DNA of 63,960 nucleotides, filler included, from Thraustochytrium aureum (Eukaryota): NCBI GenBank assembly GCA_012862495.1. It is 5 parts of 4 records of this genome, joined end to end, with 100 filler letters (N's around TTAATTAATTAA, not from the genome) between each part and the next. Parts side by side here need not be neighbours in the genome. Positions count along the whole stretch, not along the records: positions 1 to 15,653 come from BLSG01000266.1; 4 more parts are not named here. One strand, written 5' to 3'. Of this stretch, positions 1 through 11,924 are shown piece after piece. The first letter of the stretch is position 1. The number at the start of each line of letters is the position of its first letter. Position numbers and translations under genes: made by a program. Under the pieces are notes generated by a model. That model was not told the origin of the DNA. It saw only the letters and a program-made list of their open reading frames with translations, and made no database searches.

Positions 1-1
1 G

Positions 2-1221
2 TGGATCCGCTCGGTGCGCCAGTTTACGACGCTGCCCGAAGAGCACATCCGCCGCTTCACCAGCAACGTCAAGGACGACTTGCACCCGTCCGGGGCGACC
101 GTTCTGGTGACCACGTACAATATGATGTCCTACAGCAAGGGGCGCAGCGAGGACGGCCAGCGCGTGATGGAGCAAGTGGCCAACACGGAGTGGGGCCTGA
201 TCGTTATGGACGAGGTGCACGTCGTTCCAGCGAAAATGTTTCGCATGGCTCTGCGGCATGTGCGCTCGCACTGCAAGCTGGGTCTCACGGCAACTCTGGT
301 GCGCGAGGACAATCTGATTGACGACCTCAACTTTCTGATTGGGCCCAAACTGTACGAGGCGAACTGGCTCAAGCTCACGGACGAAGGCTACCTCAGCAAG
401 GTTCTCTGCATGGAGTGCTGGTGCCCGATGACGGCCGAGTTTTTCGAAAAGTACCTCGACCCCGAGCTCCCGGCCAAGCAAAAGCAGCTCCTCTACGTGA
501 TGAACCCCAACAAGTTTGCCATCTGCAAGATGCTCATGGAGTACCACCGCCAGAAAAGGACAAGGTTCTCATCTTCAGCGACAACATCCCGGCCATCAAG
601 CGCTACAGCCTGTACCTCGGCGTCCACAACATGTACGGCAGCACCTCGCAGTACGAGCGAGAGAGCGTGCTTCGTCGGTTTCGCGGGGGCAAGGGCGTCA
701 GCCCCAGTGAGGAGATCCACGCGTTGATCATCTCGCAGGTCGGCGACGTCGGGATCGATCTGCCGCAGGCGAACGTTATCATCCAGATATCCTCGCACTT
801 TGGCTCGCGCCGCCAAGAGGCACAGCGGCTCGGCAGGATTTTGCGCCCCAAGCCAGGCGAGTCGTTCAATGTCGGCTACAACGCCTTTTTCTACTCGCTC
901 ATTTCGATGGACACGCAGGAGATGTACTTTTCGCACAAACGCCAAAAGTACCTCGTGGACCAGGGCTACGTGTTTCGCGTGATCCGCAACATCAAAGAGA
1001 TCGCGCTGGAGGCCGGCGTGCCTTTCGAGGAGCTTTCGCTCGTGGAGCAGCGCCGGATTCTCAATGACCTCTACGCGGAGGACGTGACCGAGCTTTTCTC
1101 CCAGAAGAAGTCGAACGCCAAGTCGGCTGCGGCTGCGGCCAGAGCAGCGAAGGAGAAGGCGCAGAAGATGCCCGCTGCGCTACGGCGCTTTGTGCGCGCG
1201 CAGCAGCGCGCTGGGGGCTAG
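2..1221 (+). CDS. ERCC3: TFIIH DNA helicase XPB (ERCC3/SSL2), 5'-partial, one frameshift near 554-557
   Basis: Motifs EWGLIVMDEVH, CKLGLTATLVREDNLIDDLNFLIGPKLYEANW, IIQISSHFGSRRQEAQRLGRILR and AFFYSLISMDTQEMYFS match XPB. Frames 14..727 and 415..1221 join by adding one A to the AAAA run (EYHRQK|KDKVLIFSDN). Confidence 0.97.
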
Positions 1222-1629
1222 CTAGTTGTTGTTGTTGCTGTCGGTTGCGTGGACCAGCGAGGCTCGGACAGTTAGGGGCCTCGCGGGAGATGCCGACCCC
1301 AGGAGGAGTCGGTGGCGCTCCCCCGCGCCATTTCGCTCTGCGTTTGCTGCATGCGCGGCTTGGTTGTCGGCGTGGCTTTCGGCAAGGAGGACCCGACTTG
1401 GTTCTGGTGTCGAAGCGCGAGAGCCACAACAACGGCTGTGCGCGACACCAAAGTCTGTCGGGTCTGGCTCATTCTCAAGCGGACGCGAGGGGTGCTGCAA
1501 AGAGGATCGTGTGCTCGGCTGTCGCGACGGAAGAAGGGCAAAAAAAATCATGTTCAGGGCATTTTTAAAAAACTGTAGCGAAGACGAAGAATTGGTACTA
1601 GTCATTGGCCTCGCTCGATGGTGGCGCCC

Positions 1630-4600
1630 TTACTTCTTCTCGCCCTGTGTCAGAAGCTTGGCAACTACCGACCAGGACATCCGCAAAGCGCGCGACTCGA
1701 TGTTCGAAGAACCATACGCAACAATGACGCCGTCAGGCACGGCTGTCAAGCCCGACATGAAGGTCATAGGACGCGTCACGCCGGCGTCCGGGTTTGCAGC
1801 AGCAGCCAAGACCGGAATCTTGGCGGAGACGCGGAGGATCCGCCACACACCTTGCTTGTTGGCAAACTCGAAAAAGTAGTTGTCGTATTGCCCATCCAGG
1901 CTGCGGGTGTGGAAGACGCCGAGGTAGACCTTCTCGCCGGCTTCCGTCGTGTTGTATGTGATGGCGTTCGCCCCCCCGTGAAAGGCCACGCCCGAGTTGA
2001 GCCAGAGCGCCACGAGCGTCGAGTCGTAGTAGGCCGAGGAGACCTGCGAGCTCGCCGTCGGAGGCTTGGCCTCGGAGCTGGCAGAATTGTTCCGGAACGA
2101 AACGACCTCAAAGGGCATGATGGAGCGCACGAAGTGCAGCTCGTTCTCCGGCGCAGTGGTAAAGGCGAGCCAGTTCTTCTCTGTGCTGTCAAGCTCCAGC
2201 CCAGGGGTCTGCAGAAGCGCCTGGTCCAGGTTGGCTGCCAAGACTTGGTCCACCGTCGTTTCGTTGTCCTGGGCGAGGTCGACGGTCGAGACAAACATGC
2301 GGCGCCCCATGTTGCAAGCGCCGAGGAAGTCCGTCTTGAGAACCGGGCGGTTCACGTTGGTCGTGATGACAAGCTTGTCGTCCCAGAGCAGGAGGCGCGG
2401 GTCCTCTGGGCCGGTGGTCAGCACGCGGTGGTTGGTGTTGTTGCCTTCAACAAACTCGTAGTCGGATTCCGGCAAGGCTCCCAAGACTGCGCGCTCGCGA
2501 AGGGGTCGACCATCATGCCGATCGGCTTGAGCGTCACCGGGTCGAGGCGGCCGAGGAAAACCTTGCTGTCCCAAACGACGTCTTCCAACCCGCCGGTGAC
2601 GACAGTAAAGTACGCGTGGCGACGCAGCGCGATCCACATTTCGTCTCGCTTGGCGTCGTAGACAATGGAGGGGTTGATCAGGGTATGCGACGTCGCTTCT
2701 TCGCTCAGCAATCGGCCCTGGACAGCAGTACTGAGGCGCATATCCGTCCCGATGCCCGGGATATCGATAGAGTCGGGCAGAGCAGACTCGGGGACCTCGA
2801 GCGGCGGAGGAGCCCCGATGAGGGCCTCCTTGCCGAGGTATGAGGTCAGCGCCACGAGGCCAGGGATGAGGACGACTGCGGAGAGAACGCCGCCCAACTG
2901 GCGGCGGAACGGCCGGCGGTTCGACTTGAGCGGGCTCTGCACAAAGTAATAGCCGAGGATCGAGAGACAGTTGAGCCACAGAAAGTAGCCAACGCCGGTG
3001 AAGATGTTGGTGCCCCACCCGTAGAAAGCGATGAACTGGAACACGTACTGGGGGTACGAAAGGTTTTCGAGCGGGGCCAACAGAGGGTGCGAGAACAGGA
3101 CGGCAATGGGGTCCTCCTCGAGCGAGAGACCGATGAGAAGCAGCCCCTGAAGCGGCGCGAGGAGGCCCAGGCGGAGGGTCAGGGACGAGGTAGGCACGGT
3201 CAAAACGGGCGAGATCACAAAGACGAAGATGAGCCCAACATAGCCGATCACCGCGCCGTATCGGAACATAAGAGGCGGGTTCGAGGCGACGCGGGACATG
3301 AAGATGGCGCAGATAATGCCAAAGCAGTAGATGTGGAAGAAGAAGAGAGGGTGGAACTTGAGCATGAGCACGAGGATGTCGATCGCCGACTCGGTGGCCT
3401 GCCAGGAGTGAAGAGAGTTCCAGTTGAGCGGGAGTCCGTAAAAGCGCGGGATGATGGTGAGGCCAAGGAACGGGACAGTAACGAGAGCAAACGCAACGAA
3501 CCACAGCGTGCTGGTGGTGAGCGAGCGGAGGTACATGTAAACGCGCTGATGGACCATCCAGTACGGGATGATGCAGCTGAGGAACCAGCAGTGCATCTGG
3601 AGCACGTGCTCGGCGAACTGGGGGATCCAGGCCTGCGTCAGTGTGAGCGTGGTGAACCAAAGCCAGGGGTTCCAGGCCTCCTTGTCGCCGGAAAAGTCGG
3701 CGAGCGTGAAGGTGAAGGGCCCGTGCTGAAGGACGCCGATCTGTACCGCGCGAGCGAGCACGCCGCACAGGTAGAGCGGGTATACGCCGCGAATGCGGCT
3801 CCACGTGAACTGTGCCCAATGCTCGAGTTTGTTCGGGTTGCGGCTGTTGAGGCGGGCATAGGTTAGCACGAATCCGGAGAGCATCATGAAGAAGGGGACC
3901 CAGGTGTAGCCAAATCCGTGCGTGTAAATATCTCGAACTGCGCGGGGCGGGTCCTTGTTGTACAGATGGCCGAGGACGATGTGCACAGACGCCATGTAGC
4001 GCGCCATGCCTAGGGCGCGAAGTTTTTTCGACTTGCTCTTCGGGTTGACCAGGTAAGAGACGGGCTTGCCGCTTTTGGACGACCCCGCCGGAAGCACTCC
4101 GGCCGTCGCGCCGCTGGACTGGCTGGCTGAAACGGGAATGGAAACCGACGCGGCGTCTGCGCGGTCCTTGTTTGGTTGGTTAGGGTCGCGGACGCTTGCG
4201 CTTCCATCCTTCTCCTGGCTGTTGCGCGAGTGGGTCGACACGGAGCCATCGTGGTCGCCGAGGTCCACGTCCTCCTCAGCGTGCTCGTAGCGACTGATGC
4301 GCCTGGACTGGTCCGAGTCTGCTGGCTCCCCGGGGCCCACAGCGGCTGCTCCGGTATTTTCCAGAGCCGTTTTGGAAGGAGGCTCGTCCTTGCCTCGGCG
4401 GCTTGGGGATGCGCACTTTTGGCAGCAGAGGTCTCGGGCTGCGTTAGTTGCGGAGGCTGCCGCTCCGAGCGCAGCAGCGCGCATAGCGAGAAGGATGCGC
4501 TCCAAGGCATCAAACGCCGGTTGGGTGAGCGCACCAAGCTTTTCGGAGGCAGGCGCGAGGCGCGTGGTTTGCAGAAAGCGCTTGACAAGCTCGGGACGAA

Positions 4601-6023
4601 ACCAGTAGACGCCGCTGTACAGAATGACGATGAGGGAGATGAGGACCAGGATGCCTTGATAAACACCAACACCGTGGGGGAGGGTGTTGGAGACCGGGTT
4701 GGTGACCGTTTTGTCCCCAGAGGTGGGATTTTCCACGGCTGAGCCGCCCTCTACCCAGTGATCGGCAAACACAGCTGCGCCCGTGCGTTGCAGAGTGGTC
4801 CAGTTGCCTGGGGAGAAGACGCCGCGGCCAACGAAATCGTGCTTGCACGGCTTGAAGGCCTCTGTTTCGGTATCTTGCTTGGAGGGGTCGTCTTCCGGCG
4901 CGCAGTCAGGGTCAAAGAGGATGAAAGGGTCGGAGAACCTCACTGGTGCCACATCGTGGCACAAATAGTTGAGAAACCAAGTGGCGATCGAGAAGGTGAT
5001 GCGCGAATGCGGATGCCCGTCTGAAATGAACTTTTCCTTGGTCCCGTCGTAGACGACGTTGGCCGAGTTGAAGAACAGGACCTCGGGGTACCCGTTGGCT
5101 GCGCTCAGTTCGCTGGTGAAGCGCGGAACGAGAGCACTGAAAAAATGGCGGGTGTCGACGTGAATGCGCTTGACGGTGGGCCAGCTGTCGCGCAAGTACG
5201 CGAGCGCCTCCTCGAGCTCGTCGCCCACGACCTCCTCGTACGACTTGTTCGAGCTGGCCACCTTGGCATTCAGGTTTTGGCACACCGTGACGACGTCGCC
5301 AGACTTGCACCACTTTTGCCACTGGCCCATCATGATGAAGATGTCTGGGGGCGGCCTCTTGACACCGTCGTTGAATCCAGCGGCGCGGTACTTTTCGAGT
5401 TCTGGGATGATTGACTCTGTGAGCTGCCTGTGGTGGCCCGAAAAGTAGGAGGCGTCAGAGGCGCCAGCGTGGGCCATGCACTCGGTCTTGCCAAAGCAGA
5501 GCACGTCTTCCTCGGGGAACCGCATGCCGATGTCGACTTGGCTGGCCCAAGCTCGTTGCAAATCGGAATTTACCCAGACTTTGTCCTTCGGGTAGTAGAC
5601 GTCCTGCAGCTCGTTCCCGAGCAGGAGCTTGGCCCAGTTGTGGTGGAGCACGGCGGAGGAGGACCCGCCCATGGTGAACACCCACCGGTTTGTCATGCAG
5701 GCGCCCATGCGGTCGCGGTCGAACTGTTCGTAGACGCACCCGCCCGGTCCGATGAGTCGATAAGCGTCGCCGCCATTGTACCAGTCAAAGCTGCGATCCT
5801 CTACGCGCTCGACGACGGCCTTCTCCAGAGTGGCGTTGCAGCGCTCTTTTGGTGCAGGCGCTTGGCGAGCCACGGTGGTCGCCAGCTCGCGAAAGCTGAC
5901 CTCCTCGGCGCCAAACCCGACATGGGTGAGGCCACCGAGTCTCTCGCTCGCGGTTGCTAAGGCGGCGCCGGTGCAGGCGACCTGCACGACCACGGCCCAC
6001 CACGCACCCATGACAGCAACCAA
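1630..6023 (-). CDS. Large membrane protein: signal peptide, SGNH/Cas1p-like esterase domain, acyltransferase-3 (OafA-like) multi-TM domain, C-terminal GPEDPR/EKNW glycosyltransferase/GH130-like domain; frameshift near 2471
   Basis: Hydrophobic N-terminus. CVYEQF...CMTNRWVFTMGGSS and SDGHPH resemble CASD1/TBL. LRALGMARYMASVHIVLGH, WVPFFMMLSGFVL, SRIRGVYPLY, WFLSC and LENLSYPQYVFQ are acyltransferase-3 motifs. INPSIV, GPEDPRL and EKNWLAF follow, the last two after a one-base frameshift (WEPC|PESDYEF). Confidence 0.8.
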
Positions 6024-7325
6024 CCTGGTCTACCGTTCCGCCGCGCTGGTGACCTCTACTGCGCCTGCTGCTGGTGCTCAACTTGGGCGTTTGCTCGCTC
6101 ACCAGTCTTCCGGCCCGACCGTGTGCGGCTGGCTGAGGTCGGTGGGGATCTGCCGCTTGGTCGAGCGAGAGAGCGATTGCTCGCAGGCGGGCGAGTTGCG
6201 AGCAAGCTGCAGTCCGGCTTTCGCATTACTCCACATTCTTCCTTCTCCCGCACGTGGGAGAGATCTGCGGCACATCACACCTCTGCGGGGGCGGGCACCC
6301 ACCCCGCCTTGGCGGAGGGCGAGGCTGGCAGACTGGCTTGCAAACCAACTCGCAAACCGAAATGCGCCAGTGGCGCATGCACGCATGGCTGGACTCAACG
6401 AAGGCATTCCCCTTCGAGCTGCTACCTTCTACCTACTTCTACCAAAAGGTGCCCTTTCGCTGTGCACATGCCCAGTCTCACCGCCGGCGGGGCTCCTCCA
6501 CAAACCAAAGCGATGCCCTGTTCTGCTCGCTCATTGCAGTGCATTGGCTTGTGTGAGGTTCTGCTTTCGCTGCACACCAAGGCACGGATGGGTGGAGCAG
6601 GCAGCCTGATGAGTGTTGGTTTGCACGCGTTTGGGCAGAAGGCCGACTTTGACAGCGCCGCTGCCGCTCGCACATCAAGAGGTCTCGAGACAGAAACCTC
6701 AGAAAGACGAACGCTGAAAGCGCAACGCAAGGAGGATCGTCCTTGCACAAAGACACAACGAGAACCTACCTGCCTCTCAGCGTCTGTGTCACGGAGCCGA
6801 GAATAGGCTTTCCACTCAGCCAGCAGCGAAAGTGCGGTCGTTCCGCCGCCACTGGCTGCTCGTTCGTCCGCCAGTCGTCTCTCCAGCACAAAAAAGTACG
6901 ATGAACTCGCTGGGAGAGCGCGCGTTCATCTCGGTCAGTCATTCGGCCCGCGCAAGGAGGTACTCCTCTTTGAAGTAGCTAGAGGTAGGCCGGCCTCTGT
7001 AGCTCAGTAAAGTCCAACGCAGAGCGGAAGTTGAATCTGTGTTGTATGTTTCTGGCTCACTCACTGTAAGGCGGACATGTGCGCCATGATGAGAGGCGGC
7101 GTCAAAACAGCTGTTCTGGCTTTTCCGTGTCCCTTCCTCCTCGGGCTGAGGCTGAAAACCGTCCGTTCGATCAAATCTGCCTTCCCCCTCCACCGCCACA
7201 CACTCATACACACACACACCCGCGGGAGGGCGCGGAGCCTCATCAGAACGAGCGTGATGGGGTTTGCCGGCGAGCGCCCACGCAGATGTGAACGAGCGCC
7301 TACTACTAGCTAGCTAGTACCTACG

Positions 7326-7403
7326 ATCGCTCCAATCAAAACAAATCGCTCCAATCAAATCGTTTTCCTTCCAATCCAATCGGTTTCTTTCCAATCCAAT
7401 CGT
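7326..7403. repeat. Imperfect ~20-bp repeat with CCAATC cores, possibly a CCAAT-box cluster
   Basis: CCAATC begins at 7332, 7351, 7371 and 7391, in the intergenic region between divergently oriented genes. Confidence 0.6.
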
Positions 7404-8424
7404 CGTCCTAATAGCCAAACCACTCCGACCAGGTCGTCACGGTGCGGTCAAACTGGCGATGTGGCATGAACCGTCCGAGTCGAGGCCTTGTTCAAGTTCA
7501 ACTCGGCACCTCGGATGATTCGCTCTTACCTGCGTCTTTCGCCGCCATGACGATCACGATGACGCCGCCGGCAAGGAGGCTTGCCGCGGGAATCAGGATC
7601 GCTCTCGCGCTTTCTGTTCTGGTCTCTCCGAGTCGGTGGGCAAGCCGATGTGAACTGGATCAGAGACGCCCGCAGAATCGTTGAGCGCCCTCTCATCGCT
7701 CGACGTGTGCAAGTGCACCCGTCGATCGACCGATGGATCGAGCGCGTTTGTTGCCGGAATGGACGCACGCCAGAAAACGAGTCTCGCCCTCTGAGTTCTG
7801 CTGCGAGATTGTTCTCACACCTACGTGTGTACGGCCTTCAGTGTTCGCACGTGAGCTGGCCATGCTCGTGCGCTGGCTCTGACGCTCTCCATGTGGCGAC
7901 TTGGAGCAGCAGCTCGGGGCATTCCGCGCCGAGACAGATCTCTCGGCGAGATAATATCTTTGCACGAGGAGTCCACGAGAGTGCCAGGATCGCCCCGCAA
8001 CCTTCTTCAATAGAAAGATTTGCGGAGACGGTGTTTGCGGACTGGGTTAGGTTTTGCGGAATCAAGGTTAGGTCGGAGAAACAATCCGCCCAGACTCGGC
8101 CGAGGTGCAGCCCCGCCGCGCGGAGAGCCCCAACCGCCCGAACAGGCCGTGCGGATTCGCGCGATCCGGCGCCGCGAGGGCTGCTTGAGCGCGCTGACGC
8201 GTCCGCGTGGGCCCCGAAACCCCTGCTGCGGGCCAGGTGTCCTGGCTGGGTTCGCCGCCGTGGGACTGACGCATCCAGTTCAAAAAGGAAACGCTCTTGC
8301 TCGAGGTCAACAACCAGATAACAGTGCGAGCCAAGCGACCACGCAAGCCTGGCTGCGCAGCCCCGGATCGCGCGCCGAGCGGCTCCCTGCGACGGGCCTG
8401 CGTCTGCGTGCGCGCCCGCCCGCC

Positions 8425-8676
8425 ATGCCCAAGGTTCGTCGCCGCTTGCGCGGCGGTGCCAGCGCCGCGAGTAGCGCCGCTGCCGCCCAGGCGAAAGCGG
8501 CAGACACAGCGGAGGACGTGCGCTACGCGCTGGAGATGATAGGCTCCAGCGACAAAATTGTGCAGCGCGAAAACTTGCTGGACCTCCTCAAGGCGCTCTG
8601 CACTCGGGAGGCGCGGGCCAGCTTGCTTTTGCAGAACGGCGGCGACGCCTGCACTCCCTTTGACGTGACCGAAAGC
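8425..8676 (+). CDS. 5' fragment of a possible WAPL-domain protein, running into an N gap
   Basis: GCCATG start. AEDVRYALEMIGSSDKIVQRENLLDLLKALCTREARASLLLQNG resembles the first helices of the WAPL domain. Only 84 codons are visible. Confidence 0.4.
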
Positions 8677-9843
8677 NNNNNNNNNNNNNNNNNNNNNNNN
8701 NNNNNNNNNNNNNNNNNNNNNNNNNNNNNNNNNNNNNNNNNNNNNNNNNNNNNNNNNNNNNNNNNNNNNNNNNNNNNNNNNNNNNNNNNNNNNNNNNNNN
8801 NNNNNNNNNNNNNNNNNNNNNNNNNNNNNNNNNNNNNNNNNNNNNNNNNNNNNNNNNNNNNNNNNNNNNNNNNNNNNNNNNNNNNNNNNNNNNNNNNNNN
8901 NNNNNNNNNNNNNNNNNNNNNNNNNNNNNNNNNNNNNNNNNNNNNNNNNNNNNNNNNNNNNNNNNNNNNNNNNNNNNNNNNNNNNNNNNNNNNNNNNNNN
9001 NNNNNNNNNNNNNNNNNNNNNNNNNNNNNNNNNNNNNNNNNNNNNNNNNNNNNNNNNNNNNNNNNNNNNNNNNNNNNNNNNNNNNNNNNNNNNNNNNNNN
9101 NNNNNNNNNNNNNNNNNNNNNNNNNNNNNNNNNNNNNNNNNNNNNNNNNNNNNNNNNNNNNNNNNNNNNNNNNNNNNNNNNNNNNNNNNNNNNNNNNNNN
9201 NNNNNNNNNNNNNNNNNNNNNNNNNNNNNNNNNNNNNNNNNNNNNNNNNNNNNNNNNNNNNNNNNNNNNNNNNNNNNNNNNNNNNNNNNNNNNNNNNNNN
9301 NNNNNNNNNNNNNNNNNNNNNNNNNNNNNNNNNNNNNNNNNNNNNNNNNNNNNNNNNNNNNNNNNNNNNNNNNNNNNNNNNNNNNNNNNNNNNNNNNNNN
9401 NNNNNNNNNNNNNNNNNNNNNNNNNNNNNNNNNNNNNNNNNNNNNNNNNNNNNNNNNNNNNNNNNNNNNNNNNNNNNNNNNNNNNNNNNNNNNNNNNNNN
9501 NNNNNNNNNNNNNNNNNNNNNNNNNNNNNNNNNNNNNNNNNNNNNNNNNNNNNNNNNNNNNNNNNNNNNNNNNNNNNNNNNNNNNNNNNNNNNNNNNNNN
9601 TATCATTACCCCGTGCTGCTGGCTGTAGATCTACTCTAGCTCTAGAGCTCAAGCTAGTCTACGTAGAGAGCTCTCTCGAGCCAGAAAGCGGCGTCTGAAG
9701 GGTCGGGTATCGCAAGTTCGCAACAACGATTTTGCGAACGTACATCGTGTAGCATCGATACTGCATTTGGCGTGGGCCGACCCTCCCTCCTCGACGCAAA
9801 GCTGCGCGAAAGCGTGCCTTGCTTCGCTGGCCGGCATTGCTAT

Positions 9844-9892
9844 AGCTCAACACAAAGCTCAACACAAAGCTCAACACAAAGCTCAACACAAA
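9844..9892. repeat. 12-bp tandem repeat (AGCTCAACACAA) x4
   Basis: Read directly from the sequence. Confidence 0.9.
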
Positions 9893-10047
9893 CATAAGAG
9901 ATTCCTTGCTTTTCCGCAACTCGAGACACACGGAGAGCAGATCACGATCAAAGAAAGAAAACAAGAAAGAAAGAGTCCACGCCACCCACCCCCACCACCA
10001 AGCCTCACACGAAGCCAATAGAGACAGAACCGCATAGTGCGAGCCGT

Positions 10048-10683
10048 TTAGCGGAGATGCCGGAACTGCTCGACTGCCTGGCCGTTCACGTCGCGCATGG
10101 CCACGCGGCGCTTCCCTCCGTTCTTCTCGCTGGGGTAAACCTTTTTAACGCCGCGGTACCGCGGCGGCACTGGCATCCAGTCTGGAAAGGTGAAGCGCTG
10201 ATCGTCCACGGTGCCCTGACGAGGCGAAGCGGTGTGGGGCGCACCGCGCGGGCTCTGGGGTACCGCCACAGCAGAGACCACCACGAAGGCGTCTGCGATG
10301 TTGGGAAAGTACACTCTGAGCTGGTTCCATTTTGGGTCTGGCTGAGAGACGTCGATGATCATCAGCGTCGGCTCAAAGTAGCCTGCCATGTGCCACTGGC
10401 GCATGTGGATGTCCGTGAAGGGGCCTTGCTGCTTGTGGTTTTTGTCGAGAAAGTACCACGAGCCGCCCGCGTCGCCGCCCGCGGCGCCTTGGTCCTCCAA
10501 GAAGGCGCTGCTCCCGTTCGGAAAGTGTTCTGCGAGCGCCCTGAACGGGTTGGACCGCGGGTCGCCGCGCGCGACAGGCAAGTCGGCGGCGAGATAGCCA
10601 GCCTCGTACCAGGCCCTCATCTCCTCGTTCGAGTAGGGCCCTTGCACCTTGTTGGCATTGTCCCGAAAGTACCAGGTCGCCAT
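10048..10683 (-). CDS. Small protein with two tandem GYF domains
   Basis: WYFRDNANKVQGPYSNEEMRAWYEAGYL and WYFLDKNHKQQGPFTDIHMRQWHMAGYF. The ATG at 10683 has a GCCGCCATG context. Confidence 0.9.
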   Translation of the reverse strand: MATWYFRDNANKVQGPYSNEEMRAWYEAGYLAADLPVARGDPRSNPFRALAEHFPNGSSAFLEDQGAAGGDAGGSWYFLDKNHKQQGPFTDIHMRQWHMAGYFEPTLMIIDVSQPDPKWNQLRVYFPNIADAFVVVSAVAVPQSPRGAPHTASPRQGTVDDQRFTFPDWMPVPPRYRGVKKVYPSEKNGGKRRVAMRDVNGQAVEQFRHLR

Positions 10684-11354
10684 GGCGGCCTCCGGCTGCC
10701 CGCCGCACCCGGCGCGTCTGCCCCGCGCAAGACTGGCCTTCCCCAGCCAGCCGCCGTCCGACACGCCGCACGCTTGTCTCAAAGCGCCCGACCCGCCGCG
10801 CCAGCCAACGCCCTCTTCGCTCGCGTGCCGCAAAAGGGCCCTCGCGCGCTTCCGAGTCTGCCCAGCGCCCGCGGTGGCGACGGTGCTCAGGGTCGCGAGG
10901 GAGGAGGAGACCGTGTGCGAGTGTGTGTCTGCCAGGCTGCCTGCCTGCCCGCCTGCCTGCCTGCCGCCTGCCTGACTGCCAGTGTGTGTCTCTGGCGAGG
11001 AGAGGCGGAGAGGAGAGGCGGAGAGGAGAGGAGACTGGAGTACTAGTAGCGTTTGTGCAAGCTGTCTGCGTTGTTCTGAATTCCGTTCTGCTTGTGATCG
11101 CGGGAAACAAACAGCAAACAAATGACCCTGAGGGAGGGGCAACAGGCAGGGAGGGAGAAGGGAGGAGGGAGGCGGGCAATCAAGTTCCTTTCGTTCGCTC
11201 CTCTCAATCCCGAGCCCGAGCCAGAAAACCACCAGGGCACACAGTGCCTCAGAGCCTGCCCCCCTCCTGGCCTCCTGGCCTCAGTGAAGGGGGGGCTCCA
11301 AGGCAGGGGGCAGCGGGCGCAGTTGGGCGGGGTGTGCAACGAACAAAGTGGGGT

Positions 11355-11924
11355 TCATGCGTTAGGGGGGGGTTTGGCGGGCGAGAGCCAGCCCAGCAAG
11401 GACGAGGTGGGCGACTTGGGCTTGGCGTCCTGCGCCGGGGACGGTGCGTCAGACGGGGCGGCGGACGGGGCCGGCGCCGTGGACAGCTTGGGGATGCCGG
11501 ACGCCATCGCGCCGCCCCGAAGCGGCTTGACGATCCGGTTGCCGCCCGCCTGAGGGCTCCTGGTGTGCTTGTGGATGAAGGAGAAGGCCTTGGAGCCGAA
11601 CGAGGACTTTTGCTCGGCTGCCTCCCGCCGCGCCTTGCTGAGCTCGAGCTGCAACTCCTGCAGCTCGCGCTGGTGCTCGATGCGGAGCTCCTCGAGCTCG
11701 AGGGCGTGGCGCTCGGTCTGCGCCCGAAAGTTGAACTCTTTCGACTTGAGGTTGCCCTCGAGAATGCGGATCCTCTCGTCCTTCAGGGCGAGCAGCTGCG
11801 CCTTCTCGGCGGCGGCGAGCTCGGCGTACGCGTACTTGCGCAACAGCTGTTTGTGCACGGCGATGAGCTGGTACAAGCGCTGCTCCAGCGCCGGGTCATG
11901 CCCTGGCTGCTGGCAGTGCTCTTG
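11355..11924 (-). CDS. Coiled-coil protein, 5'-partial (gap)
   Basis: Frame is open from the gap edge. Heptad-rich segment ERHALELEELRIEHQRELQELQLEL is followed by a Pro/Ser-rich tail. Confidence 0.7.
   Translation of the reverse strand, partial: QEHCQQPGHDPALEQRLYQLIAVHKQLLRKYAYAELAAAEKAQLLALKDERIRILEGNLKSKEFNFRAQTERHALELEELRIEHQRELQELQLELSKARREAAEQKSSFGSKAFSFIHKHTRSPQAGGNRIVKPLRGGAMASGIPKLSTAPAPSAAPSDAPSPAQDAKPKSPTSSLLGWLSPAKPPPNA

Noticed and set aside
551..560. Programmed ribosomal frameshifting or RNA editing as the cause of split genes
   Set aside because: Shifts go in both directions, share no slippery consensus and mostly sit in homopolymers. Sequencing error is simpler.
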